A stretch of DNA of 64,000 nt, taken from an uncultured virus (IMG/VR IMGVR_UViG_3300046386_000047). Lineage: Duplodnaviria; Heunggongvirae; Uroviricota; Caudoviricetes. Location: IMG/VR virus record IMGVR_UViG_3300046386_000047; one strand, given 5' to 3'. The notes beneath the pieces were generated by a model. The model worked only from the letters and a program-made list of their open reading frames with translations, had not been told where the DNA came from and made no database searches. Below are positions 28,901 through 38,824 of the stretch, piece by piece. Made by a program: the position numbers and the translations under genes. Positions within the stretch are counted from its first letter, which is position 1. Each line of letters opens with the position of its first letter.

Positions 28901-31900
28901 GCCAGCACCCGTACGACACCGAAACGTTTCTTGGCTTTTTTGGACAGCGGCAAAGTCCAAGGTTTGCGCTTCAAACTGGCGGAAGAGAACCGCGTGTTGG
29001 CGTTCCAAGAGAAGCGTGCGGCTACGATCGCACAAAAAGTTGCCGAAGAAAATGCTCGCACTGAAGCTACGGTACAGAAAATCTTGGCCAGCAATGCACG
29101 CTCTCCTGTTGAGAAAGCTAAGGACGCGCTGTCGCGGCTTGTTGGCCCAGAGAGTAAAGTAACGCAGGCTTTGCAGATGTCCAGCGAAATCAAGACGCAG
29201 CGTGAAGCAGCGCGCACTCGATTGCGCACCATGCTCAACCAGATTGAAGACGCCGAAAGCCGCGCACAGAAGCAGGTCGACGACATCCAAGAGCTGCTTA
29301 ATTACACCAACAATAAACTGACCGAGGTCAACGCGGAGAGCGGCTCCGGGGTTGCACCGAGCATGAACGATTTGGCGGTGTGGACGCAAGCGCGTGATAA
29401 CCAGTTGGGCGAACTCAAAAAAGCGCAGAAGGTTTTGGGCGCTGTTCAGAAGAGCTTGAAGGCCGCCCTTAACACGCAAGCGCGTGTTATTGAGGATCAT
29501 GCGAGCGACACCCTCGGTAACTCCATCATTCGAGAAGGTGCCAAGGCGCAGCGCAAGTATGACGCAGCCAAAGCCGCTCTTGAAAAAGCAGAGGCCGAAG
29601 AAAGAGAAGCACTGCGCGTGCTTCGCGCAGAACCAAAAAAACCTGCGGAAGCTAAGAAGACGACAGAAGAACAGGTCTTGGGGCGTCTGGGACCAGCTGC
29701 GAAAGTTGTAGGCGTTGAGCGGGTTTACCGTGACACGTCGGATGCTAACGTGCAGGCCTTAGTCGCCGATGAGCGCAAAAACATTGCGGCGGCCGAAGCT
29801 GCGCACGATGCTGCCAAAGAAGCTGGCAACAAGCTGGCCATGGAAAACGCGTTGCGCCGGATCGAGACTGCATACAACAAGGTGTACAACATCTTGAACA
29901 ACGCTCCCCTGCGCCGTGAAACACAGCTGTCCGACGCAGAAGTGAAAAACCAAGAAGCGTTTGACCGAGCACAGGCAAGTGCGGTTGAGGCCAATCTCAG
30001 GTTGTTTGAAGAGCAGGCAGGCGTTCGCCCATTGAAGATGACTGGCCGCAGGACGATCGCATCTGTGCGCAACGTCAAGTCCAACCGTATTGAGACGCAG
30101 ATCAAGCAAGAATCGGTGGCTGCGCAAGAAGCACGGGTCAAGCAAGAAGAAGCAACAGGGGTGTACCCCGCAAAGGCGCTTGAAGAGCTGGCCAAAGCTC
30201 GGGCCGCTCGTGCCGAAGCACAGCGCCAGATTGACTACATCGACGCAAACCCTGCCGCACCGCGCTCAGAAGCTAAACAGCGGCAGACAGCCGCGCGCGC
30301 TGCTGCGGTGGCCAAGCGTAAAGCGTTGGGCGCGCAGCTGAAATCTTTGGTTGCAGCACAACGTGAAGTTGTGGCAGAGGCGCGGCTTGACAATAAAGCC
30401 GTGAAAAAGTTGCGTAGCGAACGCCAAAAGATGGTTCGCAGCGCAGGCCGTCTGCAAGAAGCGATTGGGGAAGACAGCGCGCTGTACCGCGTGTCCACCA
30501 CCGCAGGCAAGGGCACTACGCCCCAGCGCCTTGCTGCCATCATCAAGCGCATGACTGGCGACTGGAAGAACGTGCCCAACATCGTGATGGCCGAGACGTT
30601 CGATGCGCTGCCTGCTGATCTGCAAGCCCAAGCAATTGCCGATGACGTGGCTGACTTTGTGCCCGGCATGTACAACCCCAACGACAACACCGTCTACTTG
30701 GTGGCTGAGAACCTGCACAGTGACGAGGACATCTACGCCACTGTGTCGCACGAGATTGCCGGTCACTACGGCCTGCGTGCAATGCTGGGCGGCGAGTACA
30801 CAGCCACCATGGACAGCATCTACGACGGCAACGCCGACGTGCGCGAGAAGGCCAAGGCCAAGATGGGGCGCATTCCGTCCCTGTCCCAGCAGACCGCCAC
30901 CGAAGAAGTCTTGGCTGATATGGCTGAGAACGCTCCGGCCGAACCCAAGGGCGCACTGCGCCAGTTGTACGACGCCATCAAGAAATGGTTCCGCGAAACC
31001 CTTGGCTTCGACGCTATGCCTGACAAGGCTCTGAAACAGATTGTGGAGAACGCCCGCAAGTACGTGATTGAGGGCACAGGCGGCAAGGCGGGCTCAGCAC
31101 CGAAGACCAAGTCTTTGTACAACGCCAAAGAACCCAAGTTTGCCAGCGATGCGCTGGCCGACGCCGGTAGTGTGTCACGCAAGGTGATCGCCGGACAGCG
31201 CGGTTGGTCTGACGCCATCAAGGAAGAAGGTCTGGGCATGGGTCTGGCCACGCGCTTGGTTGACCGCTTCGCGCCTCTGGAGAAAGCATCCAAGTTGATG
31301 GACTCGCTCAACGGCACCCAGATGATGTACTACGCCCGGATGTTCGACCAGAAGATGCACTTCTTGTCGCAAGCTGTCAGCAACGGCGCGATCGGTCTGG
31401 AGAAGAAGACACGCGCCGATGGCCGTGCCGAGTGGTTGGTTGAGAGCAAAGAAGGCGCAAGCATCAAGGGCGTCGTGGACATTCTCAAAGGTGCCAAGGA
31501 TTTGGTGGGCAGCGCCGATGGTGCCAGCCAACTGTTCTCCCTGTACACCGTGGCCAAGCGTGCCGAGCGCGTGGGCCTGAAGAAGATGAACTTCGGCGAC
31601 GCTGTGACACAGGCTGACCTGAACCGCGCCATGAAGGCCATCGACGAGACGCCCGGCTTGGCCAAAATCTTTGCCGATGCCCGCGACGAGTACAACGCCT
31701 TCAACAAGGGCATGGTGCAGTTTGCCGTGGACACGGGGGCTTTGCGCAAAGAAGTTGCTGCCAAGATGTTGCAGAGCGACGATTACGTGCCGTTCTACCG
31801 TGAGCGCGATGGCGGCGTTGAGATGGTGCTGGGCAACGAGACCATTGCCAAGATTGGCAACCTGAAGAACCAGCCGTACCTCAAGGAGCTGGTCGGCGGT

Positions 31901-33688
31901 GACGAGCGCATCATCGACTTCATGACCAGCTCGGTGCAGAACGCCAACATGCTGACCGACATGGCGCTGCGCAACCTGTCTACCAAGAGCGCCGCGTTTG
32001 AGCTGCGTGACATTGGCATGGCCAAGATCGGCAAGGGCACCGCCTCGGGCACCGACGTGGTCAACTTCAAAGACGGTGGCGAGGACTACCACGCTGTCAT
32101 CGACACCACAGGCGCAGGCTTCCCGGCTGAGCTGTTGGTCAAGGGCATGGAGGGTATTCCTTACCAGACCACATGGCTGACCAAGGGTATGGGGGCGTTC
32201 TCCAACGTGTTGCGTAAAGCCGTCACGCTGAACCCGGCCTACGCTGCACGCCAGCTGTTCCGCGACTCGTTGGCTGCTCCGCTTTTGTCCGGTGCAAACT
32301 TCACGCCGATCATGGGCGCACTCAAGGAGATCAACGGCATAGCCAACAAGACGCTGGAGCGCCGTGGCATCACGGGCGGCCAAGTGTTTACCGGCACTCA
32401 GGAAGATTTGACCGACACGCTGCGCCGCTTGAACGCCGGTGAGTCCGGTTGGCTCAAAGGCTTGGCCAAACTCGAAGCGCTGTCCATGGAAGCTGACGCG
32501 CTCAGCCGCCGCGCCCAGTACAACAGCTACATCCAGCAAGGCTTGTCCGAGATGGAGGCCACGTACATGGCGCTGGAGTCCATGAACTTCAGCAAGCGCG
32601 GCTCGTCACCTGCCATGCACTTCTTGTCCACAGTGATCCCGTTCTTCAACGCGCAGATTCAGGGCCTGAACGTGTTGTTCAAAGCCTTCACGGGCGACAT
32701 GCCGTTCAACGAAAAACTCAAGATTCGTGAAAAACTGTTGCGACGTGGCGCGGTCTTGGCCGGGGCCACCATGGTCTACGCCGCCTTGATGCAGGACGAC
32801 GAGACGTACAAGAACGCCACACCCGAGCAGAAGTACGGCAACTGGTTCATCCATGTGCCCGGCTTGGACGAAGCGGTCAAGCTGCCTATCCCGTTTGAAA
32901 TCGGCTACATCTTCAAGGCGCTGCCCGAAGCGCTCGTCAACATGATGGCCAAGGAAGACGGCGGCGAGGAAGCGCTCAAGGCGCTCAAGCAGATCGCACT
33001 GCAGACCATCCCCGGCGGTTCGTCGTACGGCATCCCGCAAGCACTCAAGCCGATGATCGAGGTGGTTCTGGGTAAGTCGTTCTACACAGGCCGCGATCTG
33101 GAGTCTGCCTACGAGCAGTCGATGGTGCCCGGCAAGCGCACGCGCGAGAACACCACGGACTTCGCCCGCACGGTGGGCGACATGTTCAACGTCTCGCCAA
33201 TCAAGATCGACGCGCTGATTCAAGGCTACACCAGCAGCACAGGTCTGGCGTTGGTACAAGCGCTCAGCTTCGCCATCCCAACACCGCCAAGCCCTGACAA
33301 GGCCGCGCTGCGTGCCTCCGAGATGCCGCTGGTGGGTAGCCTGTTCCAGCCGAAAGATGCTGGCGGCGTCATCAACGCTGCATACGAGCGCATGAACGAA
33401 GCCAAGCAGGTCAAGACCACGTTTGACGGGTTGATGGAGAAAGGTCGCACCGAGGAAGCGCGGCAGTTCTTGCAAGAAAATCTTGAACAGTTTGCCAACT
33501 CAGGTCTGGCCACCAACTTCACCAGCACGATGCAGAAGCTGTCTCAAGCTGAGCGCGCAGTCCGGGCATCCAATGCGAGCCCAGAAGCAAAGCGTGCCCA
33601 GCTCGACCAGATCAAGCAGACGAAGATCAAGATTGCCGAGGCTGTACGGGCGGCAAGTAAAACCACACCCCAAGCATCCCGTCCTTGA
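25970..33688 (+). CDS. Giant polyvalent or ejection protein with a zincin-like motif and an LPD38-like C-terminus
   Basis: 2572 aa; HEIAGHYGL...EEVLA metallopeptidase-like motif; C-terminal PFFNAQIQG...KLPIPFEIG segment. Confidence 0.75.
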   Translation: MPIYSVQGPDGRIYDVEGPAGASEEQIIAVIRGQLPKAPAQPAQDTTGFKAAAAAGFERLKGETALTAGKLGLMDTAAAEQYQKQKEAAAQQRFTPTQDGWTESPWQKFKETAGGSVPYVAAPVAAAGLGALAATGVGAPAAAALAAGAGAFGASAGQFTGSNLSAQMDTGKTLEQTSLGAAVGAAIPQAALDTAAMALMPGVGKLFGSVGSKLTTAQAEAIAKQTLSKAAADYAAKTGTAMTREGFTETVQQVMERLQAGTSLTDEDARKEYIDSFIGGAVLGGVAAPVGRYVERGAAKTQAQEAQQARMREQRKVADEEAKVLAAEEEAYKQTDKYALDVEQKYQAAEQQKAVLKAQIKKPAQGEKLNEADKAFNADINTQLKELQPTVKELGQEFNRTAKVREQAKEQQRVAGMDPFDYMMEQTGAVPTYKPSKPGTLPEVDMEGIPGAASEQPTATQESVQALNTYAADRVQLAQEQLINPTPKELVDYLMQDPTMADQMVKTRTKTPNLPRKENELVLEGLKLRLKDVAKGAKQEAETRAENIQAGMAGAAPGSELMGAAREMPGVQSAAQERAVEDVRIGKVFPETEALRRISEKPPAFVRQDDTLPLRVDALVDSTLPSSNISGRVVSGTTVDTATEADTLRAQLAYANVTDNRERANELKKRLADMNEPDTEAAAGDLDFGARAKRAGIEGTLSKAAMQANRTTRLSNSQLSAYDKLADFVQRVRESDQDISDARKQTLTDVAERLKETVVGGALNEIDARRAQAQLPELPTAEKVKIVGQLNATLGELVERGAGIFQKPVEQKAQVRGTKTVVSAGEDQGQPVGRRVFNNFEAAAKALRGQMRDTLDTLGGFEPKEAAPRIERKVQRATPELRRQWQVASERELGQQFVAAYDRAKSDEDYRTLKDIEAKFSKLSEAAQDEAIVQVRRVENGLSLEVRGALKEELIDLRAAGLSETGQAELFAGDSEKASTRTTPKRFLAFLDSGKVQGLRFKLAEENRVLAFQEKRAATIAQKVAEENARTEATVQKILASNARSPVEKAKDALSRLVGPESKVTQALQMSSEIKTQREAARTRLRTMLNQIEDAESRAQKQVDDIQELLNYTNNKLTEVNAESGSGVAPSMNDLAVWTQARDNQLGELKKAQKVLGAVQKSLKAALNTQARVIEDHASDTLGNSIIREGAKAQRKYDAAKAALEKAEAEEREALRVLRAEPKKPAEAKKTTEEQVLGRLGPAAKVVGVERVYRDTSDANVQALVADERKNIAAAEAAHDAAKEAGNKLAMENALRRIETAYNKVYNILNNAPLRRETQLSDAEVKNQEAFDRAQASAVEANLRLFEEQAGVRPLKMTGRRTIASVRNVKSNRIETQIKQESVAAQEARVKQEEATGVYPAKALEELAKARAARAEAQRQIDYIDANPAAPRSEAKQRQTAARAAAVAKRKALGAQLKSLVAAQREVVAEARLDNKAVKKLRSERQKMVRSAGRLQEAIGEDSALYRVSTTAGKGTTPQRLAAIIKRMTGDWKNVPNIVMAETFDALPADLQAQAIADDVADFVPGMYNPNDNTVYLVAENLHSDEDIYATVSHEIAGHYGLRAMLGGEYTATMDSIYDGNADVREKAKAKMGRIPSLSQQTATEEVLADMAENAPAEPKGALRQLYDAIKKWFRETLGFDAMPDKALKQIVENARKYVIEGTGGKAGSAPKTKSLYNAKEPKFASDALADAGSVSRKVIAGQRGWSDAIKEEGLGMGLATRLVDRFAPLEKASKLMDSLNGTQMMYYARMFDQKMHFLSQAVSNGAIGLEKKTRADGRAEWLVESKEGASIKGVVDILKGAKDLVGSADGASQLFSLYTVAKRAERVGLKKMNFGDAVTQADLNRAMKAIDETPGLAKIFADARDEYNAFNKGMVQFAVDTGALRKEVAAKMLQSDDYVPFYRERDGGVEMVLGNETIAKIGNLKNQPYLKELVGGDERIIDFMTSSVQNANMLTDMALRNLSTKSAAFELRDIGMAKIGKGTASGTDVVNFKDGGEDYHAVIDTTGAGFPAELLVKGMEGIPYQTTWLTKGMGAFSNVLRKAVTLNPAYAARQLFRDSLAAPLLSGANFTPIMGALKEINGIANKTLERRGITGGQVFTGTQEDLTDTLRRLNAGESGWLKGLAKLEALSMEADALSRRAQYNSYIQQGLSEMEATYMALESMNFSKRGSSPAMHFLSTVIPFFNAQIQGLNVLFKAFTGDMPFNEKLKIREKLLRRGAVLAGATMVYAALMQDDETYKNATPEQKYGNWFIHVPGLDEAVKLPIPFEIGYIFKALPEALVNMMAKEDGGEEALKALKQIALQTIPGGSSYGIPQALKPMIEVVLGKSFYTGRDLESAYEQSMVPGKRTRENTTDFARTVGDMFNVSPIKIDALIQGYTSSTGLALVQALSFAIPTPPSPDKAALRASEMPLVGSLFQPKDAGGVINAAYERMNEAKQVKTTFDGLMEKGRTEEARQFLQENLEQFANSGLATNFTSTMQKLSQAERAVRASNASPEAKRAQLDQIKQTKIKIAEAVRAASKTTPQASRP

Positions 33689-33827
33689 TGGCGGGGGTGG
33701 CCTTGATACGGAGACGCTGAGCTACCGCTGAGCGCAGCCCGAGTTCCCGGGCTTTCTCCGTATCAATGGCCGGGACGAAGAAGCCCTCACCCGGCTTCAG
33801 GTTGGACCAAGGGTAGTTCAGCTTCAT
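33627..33827 (-). CDS. Small hypothetical protein
   Basis: YPWSNLKPGEGFFVP motif; overlaps the primase 3' end. Confidence 0.65.
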   Translation of the reverse strand: MKLNYPWSNLKPGEGFFVPAIDTEKARELGLRSAVAQRLRIKATPAIKDGMLGVWFYLPPVQPRQS

Positions 33828-36747
33828 CTATGTCGTCAGCCCTGCGGCTGATGTGCATCACGTTGACACGCATGTTGGGGCCGTTGGTCTTGGACAGCAT
33901 GTCTTTCTTGGTGTAGCTGACGTGCCAGCCGACCTTGGCTTCCAACTGCTTCTTGAAGTCCGCATAGCCGAAGCTCATCGAAACGCAATGCTGCTTGAGC
34001 AGCTGCTCCTCAATGAAGTATTCGACGAACCCGTTCTGTAGCGTGTTGTGCTCAATGCGGCCCAGCACCTTGTTGCGCGTGATCGACTTCTCGACGGTGT
34101 CGCCCGTGCCCCATGCGGTCAGGATGCGCTTGTCGTCGGTCTTCCACAACACCACGAAGCTGCCGTAGTTGTCCCGGGTGTAGGCGTTGAGTACGTCTTC
34201 CGCCGTGCGCACGCTGCGCCGCAATGTGCCGCGAGCACTGTTGACCAAGTCCTTGAGCGCTGCGAGCACGCCGTTGACCGGCACGTTCAGCAAGTTGGCA
34301 TACTTCGGACCTGTCAGCATCGCCGCGACCATGATGGCTGTGCAGCCTGCATGCCAGTACCGCTCATCGTCCACGAACTCGAACTCGTTCTTGACGCGCT
34401 CATGGATACGTTTCCACATCTCGGCGCACACGTCTTGGTTCTTGACCATCCAGCGGACCCACGCTTCACCAGCCACACCGTAGTTGGTCTTGATGTTCTT
34501 GAGCGCTTGGCGGTCTTCGTCGGCCCACTTGAGCGCTTGGTTCGGTGTCCACTCCAGCATACGCAGCATCTCGCCGTTCGAGCTGTGCTTGCGAGCCCCT
34601 GACATGTAGTCGGTCAGGTGGGTGTTGGAGGTCATCGTGCACGTCAGCTTCCATGTACTGTTGTTGACGCGTTCCTTGTTGGAGCCGGACTCCATACGCT
34701 CCTTGCCTTGGCCTTCTGTCAGGTCGAAGATAAAGGTGGGGGCCCACTCCAAGTCGCCACGCGCCTTGCTGGTGATCTCGTCGATCAGAAGCGGCATGCT
34801 GTTGAGCAAGCCTGCGCGTTGTTGCATGGCCACGGGGGATGTGCCCTTGCCGGTACGGTAGTGGATCGGGTGGCCCCAGACGCCAGCCTTGGCGCTCAGC
34901 GTGAGTGACTTACCTGTGCCTGACTCCGTGGAGCCGATGTGCCACACGAAACCCTCGTACTCCGAGAAGCGCATCAACGAGCAGCCGAAGCTGTCGAGGC
35001 ACATGGCCAGCATGGTGTTCATCTTGCGCTTGGCCATCAAGTCCCAGAACTGCCGCCAGTCGTCGAGCGTGCCGTTGCTGCTGGTGTTCTTGTTGATGTT
35101 CTCCAAGCCGGGCATGGGCACCGTCAGCTCGCGGCCATCCGGTGTGAACACGCGGTAGTTGTAGACGAACGAGCCGTCCTTTTGCCAGCCACATTGCAGC
35201 GGTATGTCCACAGCCTTCTTGGCCAGCGAAGCGTCTTCCACACAGGCGCGTACGTAGTCGAACAGGTTCTGGTCGTTGCCCTTGCCGTAGCTGGCAATGA
35301 TGTTCTGACTGGCCAAGAACTTGACCGTCTCGTCCTTGGACACGACGTGCTTGCTGGGCATCGTCACGTTCTTGGCCCCCATGGGGTGCAGCGCCACAAG
35401 GTGCACAACGTAGTCGGTTTCCTGCTTGAGCATGTCAACCACAAACATGTCGTAGGCAAGCACCTGAATCTGCTTGGTGAACTTCTTGCCTTCGCCGTCC
35501 TTGTCCTCGCGCTCACAGTAGACGCCGCCGTGGGTGCCATAGCTGAAACCGCGCGGTGCCTTGGGACGCCTGACCTTCTGGTGCGGCGACTCTTCGCCCA
35601 TGTCGATGTCGGTGGCTTCGTCGGGCATGTCGAACATCAAGTCCACAGCATCCGGGGCGCTCGGCGCTTCGTAGTCCACCACAACGTCTTTCTCAGCGTT
35701 GTCAGTCTTGATCTCACGGCCAAGCGCCAGTGGGTTGGTGATCTTGCCGAAGTGTGGGCAGGTGCCGCACAGCCCGGGGTTCTCACTGTCCATCTTGACG
35801 CAAGCGTACGGTCCCTTGATCTCGGCCAGCTTCTGGCGCATGCGGTCTGCCGGGTAGGGGTGCAGATCACTCAACCACTTGGACCAGTCTTCGCCGTCCT
35901 CACAGACCTTGGTCCATGAAAGCATCCCACGCCAGATCGGTTCGAGGCCGTCTTCCTTGGGGTTGGCGATGTAGTTGGCCAGCTGTGCGCAGCCAGTGCC
36001 TGCCTCGGTGCGTGCGTGGATGTTCTCGAACAGCGTGATGCTGTTCTGCATGAGCTTGACCTGCGTGGCGTTGGGATCGCGCTTGAGCCGTCGGCCGGGG
36101 ATGGCCTCGAACTTTGGCGCTTGCATCTCGACCGTCAACAAAGAGTTGATGACTGTTCCCACCTGCTCCAGAGAGAAGATGTCACCTGTGCTCATGAGCT
36201 TCACGGGACGTGGCGTGGCGTATTTCTTTTTGAAGTTGGTCGTGCCCGGTACGCGCAGCACCCGCGCCGCGTCAGCCGTCACCGTCATGTCAATGCGCAG
36301 GTCTTCCTGCTTGCACAGTCGTTTGAAGTTCTCAGCAACAGGTTTCCAAGAAGTCACATCGACTTCTTTGTCGAGCGGCCAGTAGCAGTGAATGCCACCG
36401 CCAGAACCCACTACCCACGGGGTGCCCAGCGCAGCCAGCCCGGTTTTTTCCAGAAATGCGTTGAGCGCCAGTGCGGCGGCCTTCTTGGACTCGTAGCCGT
36501 CCATGTCGATGAACAGCGCTTTGACGAACTTGGCGTTGTCCGCCATGCGGGAGCCCGACTTCTCGTACGTAGCCAGCGCGAAGTAGACGTCCTTGCCTGC
36601 GCCGTGCCACTTGTTTATGGTGGGCTCAAGCGCCTCGATGTCTTCGGCATACTTGTGCTCCTTTTTTGTTGTGCTCAATTCTGCCGCGCAATAGAACCCG
36701 TGACCCGGGGACGGCAAAACAGCCGCTAAAAACTCCAGCGGTGTCAT
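33787..36747 (-). CDS. Primase-helicase (RepB/AEP-like N-terminus plus DUF927-type P-loop domain)
   Basis: FIDMD, SGGGIHCYW, RVLRVPGTTN; Cys cluster; Walker A ESGTGKS, Walker B LLIDE. Confidence 0.85.
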   Translation of the reverse strand: MTPLEFLAAVLPSPGHGFYCAAELSTTKKEHKYAEDIEALEPTINKWHGAGKDVYFALATYEKSGSRMADNAKFVKALFIDMDGYESKKAAALALNAFLEKTGLAALGTPWVVGSGGGIHCYWPLDKEVDVTSWKPVAENFKRLCKQEDLRIDMTVTADAARVLRVPGTTNFKKKYATPRPVKLMSTGDIFSLEQVGTVINSLLTVEMQAPKFEAIPGRRLKRDPNATQVKLMQNSITLFENIHARTEAGTGCAQLANYIANPKEDGLEPIWRGMLSWTKVCEDGEDWSKWLSDLHPYPADRMRQKLAEIKGPYACVKMDSENPGLCGTCPHFGKITNPLALGREIKTDNAEKDVVVDYEAPSAPDAVDLMFDMPDEATDIDMGEESPHQKVRRPKAPRGFSYGTHGGVYCEREDKDGEGKKFTKQIQVLAYDMFVVDMLKQETDYVVHLVALHPMGAKNVTMPSKHVVSKDETVKFLASQNIIASYGKGNDQNLFDYVRACVEDASLAKKAVDIPLQCGWQKDGSFVYNYRVFTPDGRELTVPMPGLENINKNTSSNGTLDDWRQFWDLMAKRKMNTMLAMCLDSFGCSLMRFSEYEGFVWHIGSTESGTGKSLTLSAKAGVWGHPIHYRTGKGTSPVAMQQRAGLLNSMPLLIDEITSKARGDLEWAPTFIFDLTEGQGKERMESGSNKERVNNSTWKLTCTMTSNTHLTDYMSGARKHSSNGEMLRMLEWTPNQALKWADEDRQALKNIKTNYGVAGEAWVRWMVKNQDVCAEMWKRIHERVKNEFEFVDDERYWHAGCTAIMVAAMLTGPKYANLLNVPVNGVLAALKDLVNSARGTLRRSVRTAEDVLNAYTRDNYGSFVVLWKTDDKRILTAWGTGDTVEKSITRNKVLGRIEHNTLQNGFVEYFIEEQLLKQHCVSMSFGYADFKKQLEAKVGWHVSYTKKDMLSKTNGPNMRVNVMHISRRADDIDEAELPLVQPEAG

Positions 36748-36765
36748 AAAAATCCTTGGGTTGGG

Positions 36766-37011
36766 TTACTTGCCGTCGTCTTCAGCGTCGTTGGCACCGT
36801 CGGTGTAGCCGGTGTCGTAGCCTTCCGCGTGACCTGCTTCATAGCCTTCGTCATAGCGATCGTCCACGGACGTCTCATCACCGCGCACCCATGCCTCAAG
36901 TCTGGTGGCCAGCTCAACAACCCACTCTGCGGACAACTTGTCGTAGCCGGTCAGGTGTGCGTAATCCAACAACTCCCGGTGGGTCAGTTTTTGTGGTCGA
37001 ATGCCTTGCAT
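36766..37011 (-). CDS. Hypothetical protein
   Basis: 81 aa with an acidic GYxxG repeat tail. Confidence 0.7.
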   Translation of the reverse strand: MQGIRPQKLTHRELLDYAHLTGYDKLSAEWVVELATRLEAWVRGDETSVDDRYDEGYEAGHAEGYDTGYTDGANDAEDDGK

Positions 37012-37262
37012 GCTTTACTCCATGCCTCCTCGGCTGTGCCGGAAGACTGCAAAATTTGAACGAGAGACGTGACCGTCGGACGGTACGCCACGAAGACCTC
37101 ACCGCCTGCGAACCAGTTGTAGATCGTCTGACGGGACACCCCGGTCAGCTCAGAAATCTTGGTCACAGGAAAGTCGAGGTGCACAGCCCAGCGCCCGAGT
37201 TGGTTGCCCAACGTCTTCGGCGCTCGTTTGACCGTGTCGATGATTTGTGGTGAATATGCCAT
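36984..37262 (-). CDS. Cro/XRE-like HTH DNA-binding protein
   Basis: ISELTGVSRQTIYNWF helix-turn-helix. Confidence 0.8.
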   Translation of the reverse strand: MAYSPQIIDTVKRAPKTLGNQLGRWAVHLDFPVTKISELTGVSRQTIYNWFAGGEVFVAYRPTVTSLVQILQSSGTAEEAWSKACKAFDHKN

Positions 37263-37273
37263 GGTGCTTAGGT

Positions 37274-37347
37274 GGGGGTACTCGCTGCGTCTGTGGTAGG
37301 GACTGGACTTTGTAAATTGCCACCCGCACAGCGCCTGCTTTCCCCCC
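37274..37347 (-). ncRNA. Candidate structured RNA hairpin with a loop-E-like internal loop
   Basis: GGGGG/CCCCC, GAAA/GAGUA loop, GC/GC, GCG/CGC and CUGUG/CACAG pairings. Confidence 0.45.
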
Positions 37348-37354
37348 GATTCAA

Positions 37355-38338
37355 TTACTCGTCGTCCCAGTCGTCAACCATGGAAGCCAAGTTGGCTTTG
37401 GCTGCGGGAACAGCGGTGGCCTTCTTCTCTTCCTTGCGCACGACTGGCTCTTCTGCTTCTTCAGCAACGGGCTCAGCCTTGGGCTTGGCTTTCGCTTTGG
37501 CCTTGGGTGGTGGAGGTGGGGCTTCGTCTTCTTCCTCCACTGCTGGCGCTGCTTCGGCCTTGGCCTTGCTTGCGGCAGGGCGCTCACCACCGATGCTCGG
37601 GTCGGCAGGCTTGGACACGTTGTCCATCTTGGCCACGCTCATGGTGATCGCCTTGATGGCGTCGTCGGAGGCACCCTGCGCCTTGATGTTCGGGTACTCG
37701 TCGTCGGTCAACCAGCGCATGGCTTTGAAGAACAACTTGGGCGACTCGGACGCTGTGTCGAACTTCATGCGCGTCACGACTTCAGATGGGTCGATGTTCT
37801 GCGCGGCCAAGTAGCGAGCGTACGCTTGCAGTGGGCGGTTCTCACCTTCTTCTTTGCCGAAGATCGAAGTCGCAGGCAGCGCCAGTTGCAACACGTCGCC
37901 TTCTTGGTCATTGGCCAACACCAGCGCGAGACGTTGTTGGTAGCGGCATGCGCGGCTGTTGCCTTGACCGGAACCGGCAATGTTCTGCACACACTCACCG
38001 CAGGTGGAGGCTTGCTTGTTCTCGCTGTCAGGGCTTGGCTTCTCGCCGTCAGCCGACCAGCAATCAGGTGCGGACACTTCGTTGGCGTCGTACTTCTTCA
38101 TGTAGAAGACGCGGGACACTTTGGGCGCTGCGTTGACCAACACAACGTCGAGGTAACGCTCGTCGATGGCTGCAACTTCTTTGCCGTTGTTGACCAGACG
38201 GAACACGCCGCCTTTGATGGATACACGCTTGCCACCACCGCCACCACCCGCGAGGGCTTTGGCCATGGCAGACAACTCGCCACGCGCTTTGGCGAAGGCA
38301 GGGGCTTGGGAAGGGTTGAAGAGAGCTACATTGCTCAT
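37355..38338 (-). CDS. Putative ssDNA-binding protein
   Basis: Cys motifs (PDCWS, CGEC, C), Ala/Lys/Pro linker and acidic DDWDDE tail; in the replication module. Confidence 0.6.
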   Translation of the reverse strand: MSNVALFNPSQAPAFAKARGELSAMAKALAGGGGGGKRVSIKGGVFRLVNNGKEVAAIDERYLDVVLVNAAPKVSRVFYMKKYDANEVSAPDCWSADGEKPSPDSENKQASTCGECVQNIAGSGQGNSRACRYQQRLALVLANDQEGDVLQLALPATSIFGKEEGENRPLQAYARYLAAQNIDPSEVVTRMKFDTASESPKLFFKAMRWLTDDEYPNIKAQGASDDAIKAITMSVAKMDNVSKPADPSIGGERPAASKAKAEAAPAVEEEDEAPPPPPKAKAKAKPKAEPVAEEAEEPVVRKEEKKATAVPAAKANLASMVDDWDDE

Positions 38339-38359
38339 TTTGATTCTCCTGTTGAAAAT

Positions 38360-38824
38360 TTATTTTGTGGGCTTGCGCACACTGATTGCGTACTCGGTCA
38401 TCGTGTTGAGACCGGGAGGGACAACACCGGGGTTCTCGTCCAAGAACGTGCCCATGTTGGTCTGCGCAATGCGCTTCTCCAACAAGTCGATGGCGTCGTG
38501 CTCTTTGATGAACTCTTTGAACGAGTCCCAGTCTTGTGTGTTGTAGCGTGTCTTGGTGGACAACACCACGGTGCCGTTGTCGGTGCGCACGGAACTGACA
38601 CCCATCACGAGCATCTGATCCTTGAGCGCCGTCTTGACGGCATCTTGTTGGCGCTTGATGTCCTCGATTGCAGAGTCGTACTCGGTGGTCAACTCTTGAA
38701 TCTTGGCAGCCATCTTGCGGTACACCTTGGCCAGCTTATCCATGGGGATGGCGGCCAGTGCTTCGGCTTCAGCTTTGCGCTCAGCCGTGGTGTCTGCGGT
38801 GGTTTCGTCGTCTATTTCAGTCAT
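38360..38824 (-). CDS. Conserved phage replication-module protein
   Basis: Coiled coil then SVRT..GTV...DW..F...LLEKRI...PPG. Confidence 0.7.
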   Translation of the reverse strand: MTEIDDETTADTTAERKAEAEALAAIPMDKLAKVYRKMAAKIQELTTEYDSAIEDIKRQQDAVKTALKDQMLVMGVSSVRTDNGTVVLSTKTRYNTQDWDSFKEFIKEHDAIDLLEKRIAQTNMGTFLDENPGVVPPGLNTMTEYAISVRKPTK

